Shown here in pieces: positions 52,778 through 63,596 of a DNA stretch of 64,000 nucleotides. The stretch is taken from the NCBI GenBank assembly GCA_910578065.1, contig CAJTPB010000009.1:17149-81148 (forward strand). Direction: 5' to 3'. Made by a program: the position numbers and the translations under genes. Origin of the DNA: an uncultured Christensenella sp. GTDB taxonomy: Bacteria; Bacillota; Clostridia; Christensenellales; Borkfalkiaceae. The notes under the pieces were generated by a model. It ran no database searches and was not told the DNA's origin. It was given only the letters and a program-made list of their open reading frames with translations. Position 1 is the stretch's first letter. Every line of letters starts with the position of its first letter.

Positions 52778-53311
52778 ATGGCAGAGAAAAACAAGCGGGA
52801 AGAAAACGAAGAAGAAATTTCCGAAGTTCAGCCCGAAACGCAGCAATGCGAATCGCCCGAACAGGCGGAAGACGGCGCGCTTATTTCGGCAAAGGCGGAA
52901 GCGGAAGATTTTAAACGCAAATGGTATTCGGTAACCGCCGAATACGAAAACTACCGCAAGCGCACGGCTTCCTCCCGCGCGCAGGCATATGCGGACGGCA
53001 GGGCGGACGTTGTAAGCAAACTCTTTCCCATAGCGGATAACCTCGACAGGGCGCTTTTAAGCTGTGCCGACGAGGCGACGAAAAAGGGCATTGAAATGGT
53101 GGTAAAGAGTTTCGAAAAACTGCTTTCCGACGAAAAGATCACCGCAATCGATCCCGTAGGCGAAGATTTCAGCGCGGAAAAGTGCGAAGCGATCATGGCG
53201 GTCGAAGCGGAAGAGGGCGAAAAGAGCGGAACGGTAAAACAAGTTTATTTAAAAGGGTACGAACAAAACGGCAAGGTGCTGCGGTTTGCGCAGGTTGTCG
53301 TCGTAAAATAA
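52778..53311 (+). CDS. grpE: Nucleotide exchange factor GrpE
   Basis: Acidic N-terminus, then YENYRKRT ... ADNLDRAL ... GYEQNGKVLRFAQVVV. Confidence 0.9.
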   Translation: MAEKNKREENEEEISEVQPETQQCESPEQAEDGALISAKAEAEDFKRKWYSVTAEYENYRKRTASSRAQAYADGRADVVSKLFPIADNLDRALLSCADEATKKGIEMVVKSFEKLLSDEKITAIDPVGEDFSAEKCEAIMAVEAEEGEKSGTVKQVYLKGYEQNGKVLRFAQVVVVK

Positions 53312-53336
53312 AAATCAAGTTTAAGGAGTATATCAT

Positions 53337-55130
53337 ATGTCTAAGGTAATCGGTATCGATTTGGGAACAACAAATTCGTGCGTGGCGGTAATGGAAGGGG
53401 GCGAACCCGTCGTTATCGCCAATGCGGAGGGCGCGCGTACGACCCCTTCGGTCGTCGCGTTCCAAAAGGACGGCTCGCGCGTGGTCGGGCAGGTCGCAAA
53501 GCGTCAGGCAGTCGCGAATCCCGATAAAACGGTCATTTCCATCAAACGGCACATGGGGTCGGATTATAAAGTGAAGATCGACGATAAGTCGTATTCCCCG
53601 CAGGAAATTTCCGCAATGACGCTCGCAAAGCTGAAAGCGGACGCAGAAGCGTATTTGGGCGGAAAGGTGACGGACGCAGTTATCACCTGCCCCGCATACT
53701 TTACCGATGCGCAGCGTCAGGCAACCAAGGACGCGGGTAAGATCGCGGGCTTAAACGTATTGCGCATTATCAACGAGCCTACGGCGGCCGCGCTTTCTTA
53801 CGGGTTGGATAAAGACAAAGAAAACAGCAAAGTCATGATCTACGACTTGGGCGGCGGCACGTTCGACGTTTCCGTGTTGGAAATTTCGGACGGCGTATTC
53901 GAAGTGCTTGCGACCAACGGCAACAATATGCTCGGCGGCGACGACTTCGATAAAAAGCTGATGGACTACATGGCGGAAGAATTTAAAAAGAGCCACGGCG
54001 TAGACCTCACCAAAGATAAAATGGCGATGCAGCGTTTAAAAGAGGCGGCGGAAAAGGCGAAGATCGAGCTTTCGGGCATGACGACGACTTCCGTTTCCCT
54101 TCCTTTCATTTCCATGACGGAAGCGGGACCCGCGCACCTCGAAATGGATATCACCCGCCAAAAGTTCGAAGCGCTTACTTCCGACCTTGTGGAAAAGACG
54201 GCGGAGCCCATGAAGCTGGCTATGAAAGACGCGGGGCTTTCGTATAAAGACCTCGATAAAGTGATCCTCGTGGGCGGGTCCACCCGTATTCCCGCGGTGG
54301 TTGCAAAGGTAAAGCAGATCACGGGCAAAGAGCCGTTCAAGGGCATCAACCCCGACGAATGCGTTGCGATAGGCGCGGCGATCCAAGGCGGCGTTTTAAC
54401 GGGCGAAGTGAAAGACGTGCTTTTGCTTGACGTAATGCCTTTGTCGCTGGGGATCGAAACGCTGGGAGGCGTGTTCACCCGCTTGATCGACCGCAACACG
54501 ACCATTCCCGTAAAGAAGAGCCAAGTGTTCTCTACCGCGGCGGATAACCAAACGAGCGTAGAAATTCATATTTTGCAAGGGGAGCGCGAATTCTGCCGCG
54601 ACAACAAAACGATGGGCAGATTCATGCTTACGGGCATCGCGCCCGCGCCCCGCGGCATTCCGCAGATCGAAGTTACCTTCGACGTAGACGCAAACGGCAT
54701 CGTGCACGTAGAAGCGAAAGATCTGGGCACGGGCAAGAGTACGGATATTACCATTACTTCCTCTACCAACCTTTCCGAAGACGAAATCAACCAAGCGGTA
54801 AAGGATGCGGAACAGTACGCGGAAGAAGACAAACTCAGAAAGAAAAAGGTCGAAAACAAAAACAAGTTAGACGGCATGATCTTCTCCGTCGAGCAGACGA
54901 TGAAAGAGGGCGGCGACAAACTTTCCGAAGAGGATAAAGCCGCGTTGCAGTCGGCTGTGGACGAAGCGAAAAAAGAACTGGAATCGGACGACGACGAAAA
55001 GATCACGGCGGCATACGAAACGCTTACGAACGCCGTTCAGCCCGTCTTTGCAAAGCTGTATTCGCAGGCAGGCGGCGCGGGCGCGCCCGGCGCGGAAACG
55101 CCCGACGACGACACCGAATTTCACCAGTAA
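53337..55130 (+). CDS. dnaK: Molecular chaperone DnaK (Hsp70)
   Basis: [35 protein letters not shown]. Confidence 0.97.
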   Translation: MSKVIGIDLGTTNSCVAVMEGGEPVVIANAEGARTTPSVVAFQKDGSRVVGQVAKRQAVANPDKTVISIKRHMGSDYKVKIDDKSYSPQEISAMTLAKLKADAEAYLGGKVTDAVITCPAYFTDAQRQATKDAGKIAGLNVLRIINEPTAAALSYGLDKDKENSKVMIYDLGGGTFDVSVLEISDGVFEVLATNGNNMLGGDDFDKKLMDYMAEEFKKSHGVDLTKDKMAMQRLKEAAEKAKIELSGMTTTSVSLPFISMTEAGPAHLEMDITRQKFEALTSDLVEKTAEPMKLAMKDAGLSYKDLDKVILVGGSTRIPAVVAKVKQITGKEPFKGINPDECVAIGAAIQGGVLTGEVKDVLLLDVMPLSLGIETLGGVFTRLIDRNTTIPVKKSQVFSTAADNQTSVEIHILQGEREFCRDNKTMGRFMLTGIAPAPRGIPQIEVTFDVDANGIVHVEAKDLGTGKSTDITITSSTNLSEDEINQAVKDAEQYAEEDKLRKKKVENKNKLDGMIFSVEQTMKEGGDKLSEEDKAALQSAVDEAKKELESDDDEKITAAYETLTNAVQPVFAKLYSQAGGAGAPGAETPDDDTEFHQ

Positions 55131-55264
55131 TAGGGGCGTGTAAGCGGCTGTTTCGCGCAAACGGTCGTATCTAATGTAATTTGCGCCGCCCGTATCGGGC
55201 GGGAACGACAACTTCTCTCTTTTAAGAGGGAAGTTGCGCCATAAAAGAAAAAGGTTTATAACGA

Positions 55265-56404
55265 ATGGCAGATAAAAAGAATTACTACGAAGTTTTGGGC
55301 GTAGGGAAAAACGCGACGGAAGAGGAGATCAAGGCGGCTTATAAAAAGCTGGTCAAACAGTATCACCCCGACTTGCACCCCGGCGACAAACTCGCGGCGG
55401 AAAAATTCAAAGAGATCAACGAGGCGAACGAAGTGCTTTCGGATAAGCAGAAGCGCGCCGCATACGATTACGAACAGGCGCACCCCGGCATGGGGGGCAT
55501 GGGCGGCGGGTTCGGCGGAGGCGGCTTCGGCGGGTTCGGCGGTTTTGGGGATATTTTCGACAGTATCTTCCAAGGCTTCGGCGGAAACGCTTCCGTTCAG
55601 CGCGACACCACGGGCGAAGATATCCAGCGCGAAATGACGCTTTCGTTTATGGACGCGGCGAAAGGGTGCGTAAAGGAAATTTCTTATTTGCGCAACGAGC
55701 CGTGCACCTTCTGTAACGGTACGGGCGCGAAGAACGGCTCCGCCTATAAAACGTGCGGCAAGTGCGGGGGCAAAGGTCAGGTGCGCTTTACGCAAGACAC
55801 CATGTTCGGCAGAACGGTGCGCGTGGGCGCGTGCCCCGACTGTAACGGCACGGGCAAAATCGTTACCGATAAATGCCCCGATTGCAGAGGAAAGGGATAT
55901 CAGCGCAAAGAAACGAAAGTTACGTTAAATATTCCCGCGGGCGTAGATACCAATTCTTATATCAAAAAACGCGGATACGGGCAGGCGAGCACCGAAGGGG
56001 GCGCGCCGGGCGATTTGATCGTAGTTTTCCGCGTAGAACCGCATAAGCTGTTCCAGCGCAAGAATATGGATCTGTACGTCGATCTGCCCATTCCGTTTAT
56101 CACGGCGGCGTTGGGCGGCACGGTAAAGGTGCCCGATATCGACGATGCGTTCGATTATCAGATTCCCGAAGGCACGCAGTCGGGCACGACGTTTACGGTG
56201 CGCGGCAAGGGATTAAAAACGCGCAACGGCACGGGCAATTTGTATTTGCGCGTATTTGTGGAAGTGCCCACAAAACTCTCGCGCGAGCAAAAGCAAACGC
56301 TTTCCGCCGCGGGCGATTCGTTCGAGATCAAGCAGTTCGACAAGGCGAAAAAATACGCCGACAACATGGGCGCGCTGTACGGCAAAGACCCTTATAAAAA
56401 ATAA
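55265..56404 (+). CDS. dnaJ: Molecular chaperone DnaJ
   Basis: J domain with HPD, a Gly/Phe-rich region, and four CxxCxGxG zinc motifs. Confidence 0.95.
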   Translation: MADKKNYYEVLGVGKNATEEEIKAAYKKLVKQYHPDLHPGDKLAAEKFKEINEANEVLSDKQKRAAYDYEQAHPGMGGMGGGFGGGGFGGFGGFGDIFDSIFQGFGGNASVQRDTTGEDIQREMTLSFMDAAKGCVKEISYLRNEPCTFCNGTGAKNGSAYKTCGKCGGKGQVRFTQDTMFGRTVRVGACPDCNGTGKIVTDKCPDCRGKGYQRKETKVTLNIPAGVDTNSYIKKRGYGQASTEGGAPGDLIVVFRVEPHKLFQRKNMDLYVDLPIPFITAALGGTVKVPDIDDAFDYQIPEGTQSGTTFTVRGKGLKTRNGTGNLYLRVFVEVPTKLSREQKQTLSAAGDSFEIKQFDKAKKYADNMGALYGKDPYKK

Positions 56405-56408
56405 TTTT

Positions 56409-56445
56409 CTGCCGCAAGCGTTTGTTTGCGGCAGAACTGTTTTTT
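56409..56445 (+). terminator. Terminator after dnaJ
   Basis: CTGCCGCAA...TTGCGGCAG followed by AACTGTTTTTT. Confidence 0.65.
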
Positions 56446-56469
56446 CCGTAAATACAAATTTATGCAACT

Positions 56470-56790
56470 TGCGGCAGGGCGGCTTGCCCTGCAATGCGGA
56501 ATCGAAACAGGCAGAAAAATGCACGGTCGGTCGAGTGAGCGAACGGACAAATTTGTGCAAACGGCGACAGGACAGTGCGCCCTGCAATGCGGAATCGAAA
56601 CAGGCAGAAAAATGCACGGTCGGTCGAGTGAGCGAACGGACAAATTTGTGCAAACGGCGACAGGACAGTGCGCCCTGCAATGCGGAATCGAAACAGGCGG
56701 AAAATGCATGGTCGGTCGAGTGAGCGAACGGACAAATTTGTGCAAGCGGCGACAGGACAGGGCGCCCTGCAATATGGTATCATAACAAAA
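56470..56790. repeat. Tandem repeat, ~3.3 copies of a 93-bp unit
   Basis: CCCTGCAATGCGGAATCGAAACAGGCAGAAAAATGCACGGTCGGTCGAGTGAGCGAACGGACAAATTTGTGCAAACGGCGACAGGACAGTGCG starts at 56487, 56580 and 56673, with a partial copy at 56765. Confidence 0.85.
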
Positions 56791-56812
56791 AAGAGGAAAA
56801 GGAAAAAGCGCA

Positions 56813-57703
56813 ATGTCGGTATTGCTCATTCAACAGGCGATCGAATATATCGAACGGCATCTTTACGAAAAAATCGATTATACAGACGTCGCAAAAAGCG
56901 TATATATGTCTGCGTACAATTTTCACCGTACCTTTGGTTTTTTGGTTGGCATGAGTCCGAACGAGTACGTAAAGAGTAGGCGGCTTTCGTTGGCGGCGCA
57001 AGCGTTGCAGTCGTCCGAAATTTCGGTGATCGACGCGGCGTACCGTTTCGGATACGAAACGCCGGAAAGTTTTTCAAAAGCCTTTTCGCGCTTTCACGGC
57101 TGTTCCCCCGTGCAGGCAAAGCGCGGGGGCGTAAAACTGCGCCTTTTCAACCCTCTTGCCATTAAAATCACTTTTGAAGGAGGCAGTGTTATGGATTATG
57201 CGATAAAGCGTAAACAAGGGCAGCGTTTTTTGGCGGTGAAGCGGGCGTTTCCCAACGAAATCAGCACGGACGACAACGATCGCAGCATTCCCGATTTTTG
57301 GACGGAATGTCAAGAGGGCGATGTTATCGGGCGCATGCTGCGGCTGCGCGCCGAGGGCAAGCGGGATCTGTACGGGCTGTGCAGACCTGTCCGCGCGAAC
57401 GAAACGCACTTCGATTACGGCATCGGCGTTTTGTTAGACGAAGATACGCATACGGCGGAGGCGGAAAAGCTGTTGGCGCAAGGGTATTGCGTATGGGAAA
57501 CGGAAGAGAACGATTACGCAGTCTTTCGTTGTATGGGAGAAAACGGCGACTGCATCGGGGAAACGTGGAGCAAGTTTTTTCAACAGTTTTCTCCGCAAAC
57601 GGGGTACGTGCAAACGGACGATACCGATTACGAAGTTTACTTCGAACGCGGGGAAGAGGGGGTGTTTTGCGAATTGTGGATCCCCGTCGTCAAACAAAAA
57701 TAA
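56813..57703 (+). CDS. AraC-family (HTH_18) regulator with a GyrI-like effector-binding domain (Rob/SoxS-like architecture)
   Basis: N-terminal dual HTH (VAKSVYMSAYNFHRTFGFLVGMSPNEY ... GYETPESFSKAFSRFHG) plus a ~160-aa C-terminal GyrI-like domain. Confidence 0.8.
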   Translation: MSVLLIQQAIEYIERHLYEKIDYTDVAKSVYMSAYNFHRTFGFLVGMSPNEYVKSRRLSLAAQALQSSEISVIDAAYRFGYETPESFSKAFSRFHGCSPVQAKRGGVKLRLFNPLAIKITFEGGSVMDYAIKRKQGQRFLAVKRAFPNEISTDDNDRSIPDFWTECQEGDVIGRMLRLRAEGKRDLYGLCRPVRANETHFDYGIGVLLDEDTHTAEAEKLLAQGYCVWETEENDYAVFRCMGENGDCIGETWSKFFQQFSPQTGYVQTDDTDYEVYFERGEEGVFCELWIPVVKQK

Positions 57704-57797
57704 TCGCGGTTTCAAAGAAAGAAGGGCGGGAAGATCTGCCCTTCTTTCTTTGGTAAAATAACTTGTAATTTCCGCTTTTCCGTGTTATAATGCGGGT

Positions 57798-58748
57798 ATG
57801 AAATACATCGAACTTACCGTAAGAACGACGACGGAAGGCAGCGAACTCGTTGCCGACGTAATGTGGAATTACACCACGCACGGGGTAACCGTGTGCGACG
57901 TAAACGATATTATCGCCTTGCAGCGCGACAGCACCGTTTATTGGGATTATATGGAAGAAGATCTGGCGCGCTCCGTACAGACGGACGTGCTTGTAAAGTG
58001 CTTTCTCTCCCTCGAAAAAGCGGAAGAAACCGCTTCGGCGATCATGCGCGATATCTTCGCGCGCAAGGAAATGAGCGGCGGAGCCATCGACTTCGGCACG
58101 TTGGAAGAGGGCAAGCGGGAAATCGACGGCGACGATTGGATCGACGTATGGAAAAAGCATTTCCGCCCCTTGCATATCGGTTCGAAAGTGGTGATCGTGC
58201 CCGAATGGATCGCATACGAAAAGAAAGAGCACGAAATAACGGTAACGCTCGATTCGAATATGGCGTTCGGCACGGGAGAGCACGAAACCACCTCTATGTG
58301 TTTGGAACTGTTGCAGGAATGCGTAAAGCAGGGGGATACCTGTATCGACGTAGGTTGCGGAAGCGGCATTTTGGGCATTGCGGCGGCGAAGCTGGGCGCG
58401 GGCAAGTGCTATCTTACCGATATCGACACCATCGCCGTGCAGAGCGCCACGCACAACTGTGAAAAGAACGGCGTTTCGCAAAAAGTTACCGTCGCGCATG
58501 CCAATCTGTTAGACGACGCGCAGGTAAAAGGGAACGTGGTGTTTGCCAATATCACGGCGGAAGTGCTTGCCATGCTCGCGCCCTCCATTCCGAAAAATTT
58601 AAAAGAAGACGGCATTTTGATTTTAAGCGGAATTATCCAAAGCCGTTTAACGCTTGTAAAAGAAGCGTATGCGGCGGTCGGGCTGTCCGTCGTCGAAGAG
58701 CGGCGCAAAGGGGAATGGTACGCGTTGAAACTGCGCTTTTTACGCTAA
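57798..58748 (+). CDS. prmA: Ribosomal protein L11 methyltransferase
   Basis: DDWIDVWKKHFRP, FGTGEHETT, IDVGCGSGILGIAA. Confidence 0.9.
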   Translation: MKYIELTVRTTTEGSELVADVMWNYTTHGVTVCDVNDIIALQRDSTVYWDYMEEDLARSVQTDVLVKCFLSLEKAEETASAIMRDIFARKEMSGGAIDFGTLEEGKREIDGDDWIDVWKKHFRPLHIGSKVVIVPEWIAYEKKEHEITVTLDSNMAFGTGEHETTSMCLELLQECVKQGDTCIDVGCGSGILGIAAAKLGAGKCYLTDIDTIAVQSATHNCEKNGVSQKVTVAHANLLDDAQVKGNVVFANITAEVLAMLAPSIPKNLKEDGILILSGIIQSRLTLVKEAYAAVGLSVVEERRKGEWYALKLRFLR

Positions 58749-58759
58749 GGAGAAAGGAT

Positions 58760-59476
58760 ATGTCCGCACCCAAACGGTTTTTTGTAAACGATATCGGGGA
58801 AGAAACTGAACTTACGGGGGAAGAATTCCGCCACGCAAAAAGCGTGCTGCGCCTTGCGGAAGGGGCGGAAATCACCCTGCTCGACGGAAGCGGAACGGAG
58901 TATTCCGCAATTATCGCGCGCGTTGAAAAAGCGCGCATGATCGCCCACGTAGTGGGCAAACGATTGTCCGATAAAGAGCCGAAAGCGGATACCTATCTGC
59001 TGCTCGGCGCGCTGAAAGGGGATAAAACGGAACTCGTCGTGCAAAAGGCGACGGAATTGGGGGCAACGAAAATCGGCGTGTTTTGCTCCCGATACTGTTC
59101 GGCTTATATCAACGAAAACAAATTGGAACGATTGCAAAAGGTCGCGCGCGAAGCGGCAAAGCAGTGCCTGCGCGCAAGCGTGCCCCAAGTGCTGTATTTC
59201 GAAACGTTCAAGGAGGCGCTTTCCTCCGCGCAGGGGTATGCAAACAAACTGTTCGCCTGCGAGTTTTTAACGCAAAGCGAACGGCCGATCGATCGTTTAT
59301 CCGGCTCTACCGCGCTGATCGTGGGCAGCGAAGGGGGCTTTACCGAAGAAGAGTTTGCGGCGGGAACAAAGGCCGGCTTTGCGGGGATATCCCTCGGCAA
59401 GCGCATACTGCGCGCCGAAACGGCGGCGATCGCGCTGCTTTCCGTTGTGCAATACGCGGCGGGGGAACTGCAATGA
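58760..59476 (+). CDS. rsmE: 16S rRNA (uracil1498-N3)-methyltransferase
   Basis: MSAPKRFFV... PUA-like N-terminus and C-terminal SPOUT motifs IVGSEGGFTEEE and SLGKRILRAETAA. Confidence 0.85.
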   Translation: MSAPKRFFVNDIGEETELTGEEFRHAKSVLRLAEGAEITLLDGSGTEYSAIIARVEKARMIAHVVGKRLSDKEPKADTYLLLGALKGDKTELVVQKATELGATKIGVFCSRYCSAYINENKLERLQKVAREAAKQCLRASVPQVLYFETFKEALSSAQGYANKLFACEFLTQSERPIDRLSGSTALIVGSEGGFTEEEFAAGTKAGFAGISLGKRILRAETAAIALLSVVQYAAGELQ

Positions 59477-60699
59477 AAGCGTGCGTGTTTACCCTCGGCT
59501 GTAAGATGAACGAGGTGGAAAGCGCTTCGCTCATGCAGGGGTTGGAAGAACTCGGCTACGAGGTAACGGATACCCTTTCTTATGCCGACGTATATGTATT
59601 GAACACCTGCGCGGTCACGGCGGAAGCGGAAAAAAAGAGCCGTCAGGCAGTGGCGCGCGTGCGCAAGTGCAATCCTTCGGCGCGCATCGTCGTATGCGGT
59701 TGCGCCTCGCACAATCACCCGCAGGCGTTTGCGCAAAAGGCGGGGGTAACGCTTGTTACGGGGGCGCGCAGAAAAGATAAGGTGCTTTCTCTGTTGCGGG
59801 AAGAAGGCGTTTTCCCCGACGGGGAAGAGGGCGGCTTTTGCGAACTGCCCGCGCCCAAGCGCACCAAAACGCGCGCGTTTTTGCGCATTCAAGACGGCTG
59901 CAACAACTTTTGTTCTTATTGTTTGATTCCTTACCTGCGCGGGCGCACCCGCTCGCGTTCGAAAGAGGCGATCGTAAACGAGGCGGCGCTCTGCGGGGCG
60001 AAAGAAATCGTTTTAACGGGCATCGATATCTCTTCCTATCGCGACGGCGAAACGGATTTGAGCGGGCTTTTAACGGTGCTTTCCGCTTTGCCCGCACGCG
60101 TGCGTTTGGGCTCGCTAGAAGCGGGCGTTATAACCGAAGAATTTCTTGCGCAGATGAAAGAGGCGAAAAACGTCGTGCCGCACTTTCATTTATCCTTGCA
60201 AAGCGGCTCTTCCGCGGTGTTAAAAAAGATGAACCGCCATTACACGCGGGAAGAATATCTGAATAAGTGCCGTATGATCTATAACGCGTTTCCTTCCGCC
60301 GCAATCACGACGGATATCATCGCGGGCTTTCCCACCGAAACGGAAGAAGACTTTTTGCAGTCGGTTTCCATTATCGCAGAAGCGGGATTCGCGCGCGTGC
60401 ACTGTTTTGCGTATTCCCCGCGCGAGGGCACCCTTTCGGCGAAGATGAAAGATCTGCCCGCCGAAGTTAAGCGGCAGCGTACGGAACGGCTGATCCGCGC
60501 GGCGGAAGCCGCCGAACAAAATTATCTTGCGCGCTTTATGGGAAGCGAACAAACGGTGCTCTTCGAAGAAGAGGGCGGCTATACCGAAAATTATATCCGC
60601 GTATACGCGCAGGGCGCGCGCGAGGGCAGTTTGTGCCGCGTAATTTTAAAAGAAAGGTATCAAGACGGCGTACGCGCCGAAATTTTAAAGGAGTTATAA
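59473..60699 (+). CDS. mtaB: tRNA methylthiotransferase of the MiaB-like MtaB type (radical SAM)
   Basis: MKACVFTLGCKMNEVES (UPF0004 domain), CNNFCSYC radical-SAM motif, TRAM-like C-terminus. Its start overlaps the rsmE stop. Confidence 0.85.
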   Translation: MKACVFTLGCKMNEVESASLMQGLEELGYEVTDTLSYADVYVLNTCAVTAEAEKKSRQAVARVRKCNPSARIVVCGCASHNHPQAFAQKAGVTLVTGARRKDKVLSLLREEGVFPDGEEGGFCELPAPKRTKTRAFLRIQDGCNNFCSYCLIPYLRGRTRSRSKEAIVNEAALCGAKEIVLTGIDISSYRDGETDLSGLLTVLSALPARVRLGSLEAGVITEEFLAQMKEAKNVVPHFHLSLQSGSSAVLKKMNRHYTREEYLNKCRMIYNAFPSAAITTDIIAGFPTETEEDFLQSVSIIAEAGFARVHCFAYSPREGTLSAKMKDLPAEVKRQRTERLIRAAEAAEQNYLARFMGSEQTVLFEEEGGYTENYIRVYAQGAREGSLCRVILKERYQDGVRAEILKEL

Positions 60700-60700
60700 C

Positions 60701-61039
60701 ATGACGGACAACTGTATTTTCTGTAAAATCGCAGCGGGGGAAATTCCTTCGCAAAAGGTGTACGAAGATGAAGAAACGGTGGTTTTTCGCGATATCGAGC
60801 CGAAGGCGAAGATCCACTTGCTGTGCGTGCCCAAAGATCATTTTGCGTATCTTTCCGAATTGACCGAAGTCCGCGCCCGCCTGTTGGGCAGGCTGATGCA
60901 AAAGATCGCGGAACATAAAGACGAATGGGGGCTTTCGCAGGGATACCGCCTTGTGATCAACCAAGGGGAAAACGCGGGGCAAACGGTAAACCATTTGCAT
61001 ATTCACGTTCTCGGCGGCGAAACGCTCGAATGGGAATAA
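60701..61039 (+). CDS. HIT family (histidine triad) nucleotide-binding protein
   Basis: CIFCKIAAGEIPS and HLHIHVLGG. Confidence 0.85.
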   Translation: MTDNCIFCKIAAGEIPSQKVYEDEETVVFRDIEPKAKIHLLCVPKDHFAYLSELTEVRARLLGRLMQKIAEHKDEWGLSQGYRLVINQGENAGQTVNHLHIHVLGGETLEWE

Positions 61040-61041
61040 CT

Positions 61042-61671
61042 ATGAAAACGGTATATATTTATCTGTTCGATACCTTTTCCGATTGGGAGATCAGTTACGT
61101 ATTAGAGTTGTTTTCTTGGCAGAATAAATTGCCCGCTCCTTCCTTTCAAGTGCGTACGGTCGGGGCGGAAAAGCGGGCTTATCGCTCCCTTTGCGGCGTA
61201 ACGGTATTGCCCGACTGCGCGCTGAACGAAATAGACGAATGTCAGATGGCGGCGCTGCTGCTTCCCGGCGGTTACCGCTGGGGGGAAGCGGAAAACGCGC
61301 CCGTGCTCGATTTGGCGCAATCGTGTTTGCAAAAAGGCGTTGTCGTCGGCGCGATCTGCGGGGCGACGCTCGCCCTTGCCGAACGCGGCTGTTTAAACGA
61401 TCGCGCGCATACGAGCAACATGCCCGAATACCTGCTTTCCGCAAAGGCATATACGGGGCAGGCGCGGTACGTTGCACAAAAAGCGGCGCGCGATAAAAAC
61501 CTTGTTACCGCGGGCGCGGCGGGCAGTTTGGAATGGGCAAAGCTGATCGCGCAGGCGCTAAGCGCGTACCCGCAAGAAGCGCTTGAAAACTGGTACCGCT
61601 ATTACGCAAGCGCGAATGCGGAATACTTTTTAAAATTCGTTTCTTATATCCAATCGCAGGCAAAAAATTAA
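61042..61671 (+). CDS. DJ-1/PfpI-like (class I glutamine amidotransferase-fold) protein
   Basis: MKTVYIYLFDTFSDWE ... LLLPGG ... GAICGATLALA (nucleophile-elbow Cys). Confidence 0.7.
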   Translation: MKTVYIYLFDTFSDWEISYVLELFSWQNKLPAPSFQVRTVGAEKRAYRSLCGVTVLPDCALNEIDECQMAALLLPGGYRWGEAENAPVLDLAQSCLQKGVVVGAICGATLALAERGCLNDRAHTSNMPEYLLSAKAYTGQARYVAQKAARDKNLVTAGAAGSLEWAKLIAQALSAYPQEALENWYRYYASANAEYFLKFVSYIQSQAKN

Positions 61672-61734
61672 CGCGTATAAATTACGCGTAACCTGTCAAC
61701 AATCTTCCCGTCGTATTCGGCGGGAGGTTTTTTT

Positions 61735-62166
61735 ATGCGCGCAAAGTTGATTCATACGGCGATCGGAATCGCCGCTCTGCTGTGTTCGTTCGCATGCGTA
61801 CTGTTTGCGTGCGTGATAGGCGCTGCTCCCGTGTTCGAAGGGGGAAAGGGTTACGAATTTTACATGGGGGCGAATTCCTCTTCCCTCGTCGTGCCTTCGA
61901 ACAATCCTGCGCTCGATAAATTGCTGTTGGGCAAAGTCGCGGGGGAAAAGGCGGAATACGAAAATATTGATATCAAACTGCTGGAAGCGCGCTTTCATGC
62001 CCGTTTACAGTTTATAGAAGAAGCCTGCGGCGTGACCAATTATTATTACCGCTCGCCCGATTTGGGCGATTGCGTGTACGTAAACGGCTATGCGGTGAAT
62101 CTTCACATCGCGGTAAGCGGAAGCCGTGCGGCGGCGGGCACTCCGCTCATTTTCGGGGGAATATAA
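61735..62166 (+). CDS. Hypothetical membrane-anchored protein
   Basis: 143-aa ORF with an N-terminal TM segment. No family recognised. It precedes the M23 peptidase gene. Confidence 0.5.
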   Translation: MRAKLIHTAIGIAALLCSFACVLFACVIGAAPVFEGGKGYEFYMGANSSSLVVPSNNPALDKLLLGKVAGEKAEYENIDIKLLEARFHARLQFIEEACGVTNYYYRSPDLGDCVYVNGYAVNLHIAVSGSRAAAGTPLIFGGI

Positions 62167-62248
62167 CTTTAAAAAAATTTTTTCCGATCGCATGTATAAA
62201 AAAAGAGCGGCAGGGAAATCATCTACATAGAAAAATTTGGAGGACATT

Positions 62249-62896
62249 ATGAAAGAAAAAACGACTGCAAAACGTAAAGTGATTTATTACGTAATTCTGG
62301 CGGCAAGCGTATTGCTTTTAACCGTCGCTACCGTGCTCACCGTTTATTTCGTTGCGGGCGGGAAGGATGTATTGGAAGTACCCGATCCCCCTCAGCAGGA
62401 ACAACCGGATAAGCCTACGGGACCTTCCGAACCGGACAAGCCCACGGGACCTTCCGAACCGGATAACCCTACCGGCGGCGACGGCGTGAAGTTTGTAAAT
62501 CCCGTTGCGGCGCTGCAAGTGACGAACGGTTACGACTTTTACCACAACCAAACGTTAAATTGGTTCTACGAACATCAGGGCGTCGATATCGCCGCGGCGG
62601 AAGGTACGGAAGTATTTTCCATGGCAGACGGCACTGTGGAAAGCGTTTCGTTCGACGAGTTGAACTGTACGGAAATCGTCATCAGCCACGTTGACGGCGT
62701 AAAAACGGTTTACCGTTTTGTAACGGCGGCGGACGGCATTACCAAGGGCGCGAAAGTCACCAAAGGGCAGATGATCGCAACCGTTGCCGAAGCAAAGGGC
62801 GAAGAGTATAAAGAGGGCGCGCATCTGCATTTGGAAGTGCTCGTAAACGGCAAAAACGTCGATCCGACGGAATATCTTACCATGGAAGAAAAGTAA
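62249..62896 (+). CDS. M23 (LytM-type) metallopeptidase with an N-terminal TM anchor and a Pro-rich repeat
   Basis: GGAGG-N7-ATG at 62249, repeats DKPTGPSEP x2, then HQGVDIAA ... GAHLHLEV zinc ligand motifs. Confidence 0.8.
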   Translation: MKEKTTAKRKVIYYVILAASVLLLTVATVLTVYFVAGGKDVLEVPDPPQQEQPDKPTGPSEPDKPTGPSEPDNPTGGDGVKFVNPVAALQVTNGYDFYHNQTLNWFYEHQGVDIAAAEGTEVFSMADGTVESVSFDELNCTEIVISHVDGVKTVYRFVTAADGITKGAKVTKGQMIATVAEAKGEEYKEGAHLHLEVLVNGKNVDPTEYLTMEEK

Positions 62897-62964
62897 AATT
62901 TTCCCCTTAAATAAAAAAAGCGCGCAAATGCGCACTTTCCATAGGGATCAGACATGCGATTATA

Positions 62965-62998
62965 AAAAGCTCTCGAACGATATGTTCGAGAGCTTTTT
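62965..62998. terminator. Bidirectional terminator at the edge of the AT-rich island
   Basis: AAAAGCTCTCGAAC-GATAT-GTTCGAGAGCTTTT, a 14-bp stem. Confidence 0.8.
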
Positions 62999-63089
62999 AC
63001 TACAAACTATTTAGAAAGACAAATTGAAATTTAACTTTGAATATGTGTTTTTATGCTTTATTTTCAATAGTTTTCGATTTGCTTTTACG

Positions 63090-63596
63090 TTAATAAACTA
63101 AATATCTTATATTTAATATAAGAATAACGACAAATGGAATTAATGCACAAATAAATAATGAACACACTAATGCGTAAAGTAATACATCTCTTGATATATC
63201 ACTCATCTTTGTTTCTTCTCTTAAACAATTACCTTTCCCGTCAATGCGAATTTTAATTGTTTTACCTTTTAACGCACCAACATCCGTACTCTGATTAGCT
63301 TTTACCATTATATAATAATCAAACCCATTTTCATCTTTATATCTAAATTCTAAAATGTAATTCCAAGTTTCATGCCCTGTCCCATTTTTATGTGCTGCAT
63401 CAAATTGTGCATTTACAATTTTACCGATCTCAATGATATTTTTATTTATGTAATATTGCTCAATCTTATTAGGTAAAAAGCAAATAAGGACTGTGGAAAT
63501 AATACCAAGAAAAACAACAAAGAAAATACATAATGGAGTAGGCACCGATGTACCTTTTGGCTCTTTTGGTTTCATACAGCACTTCTTTTTAGTCAT
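63090..63596 (-). CDS. Hypothetical membrane protein: TM segment, beta-rich domain, TM segment (DUF3592-like layout). AT-rich codon usage.
   Basis: 168-aa ORF in a clearly AT-rich segment. Hydrophobic segments near both ends. Confidence 0.55.
   Translation of the reverse strand: MTKKKCCMKPKEPKGTSVPTPLCIFFVVFLGIISTVLICFLPNKIEQYYINKNIIEIGKIVNAQFDAAHKNGTGHETWNYILEFRYKDENGFDYYIMVKANQSTDVGALKGKTIKIRIDGKGNCLREETKMSDISRDVLLYALVCSLFICALIPFVVILILNIRYLVY

Noticed and set aside
56213-56829. Several overlapping 117-155-aa ORFs on both strands downstream of dnaJ
   Set aside because: They are artefacts of a 93-bp (31-codon) tandem repeat that happens to lack stops in several frames. They have no RBS and low-complexity, non-protein-like sequence.
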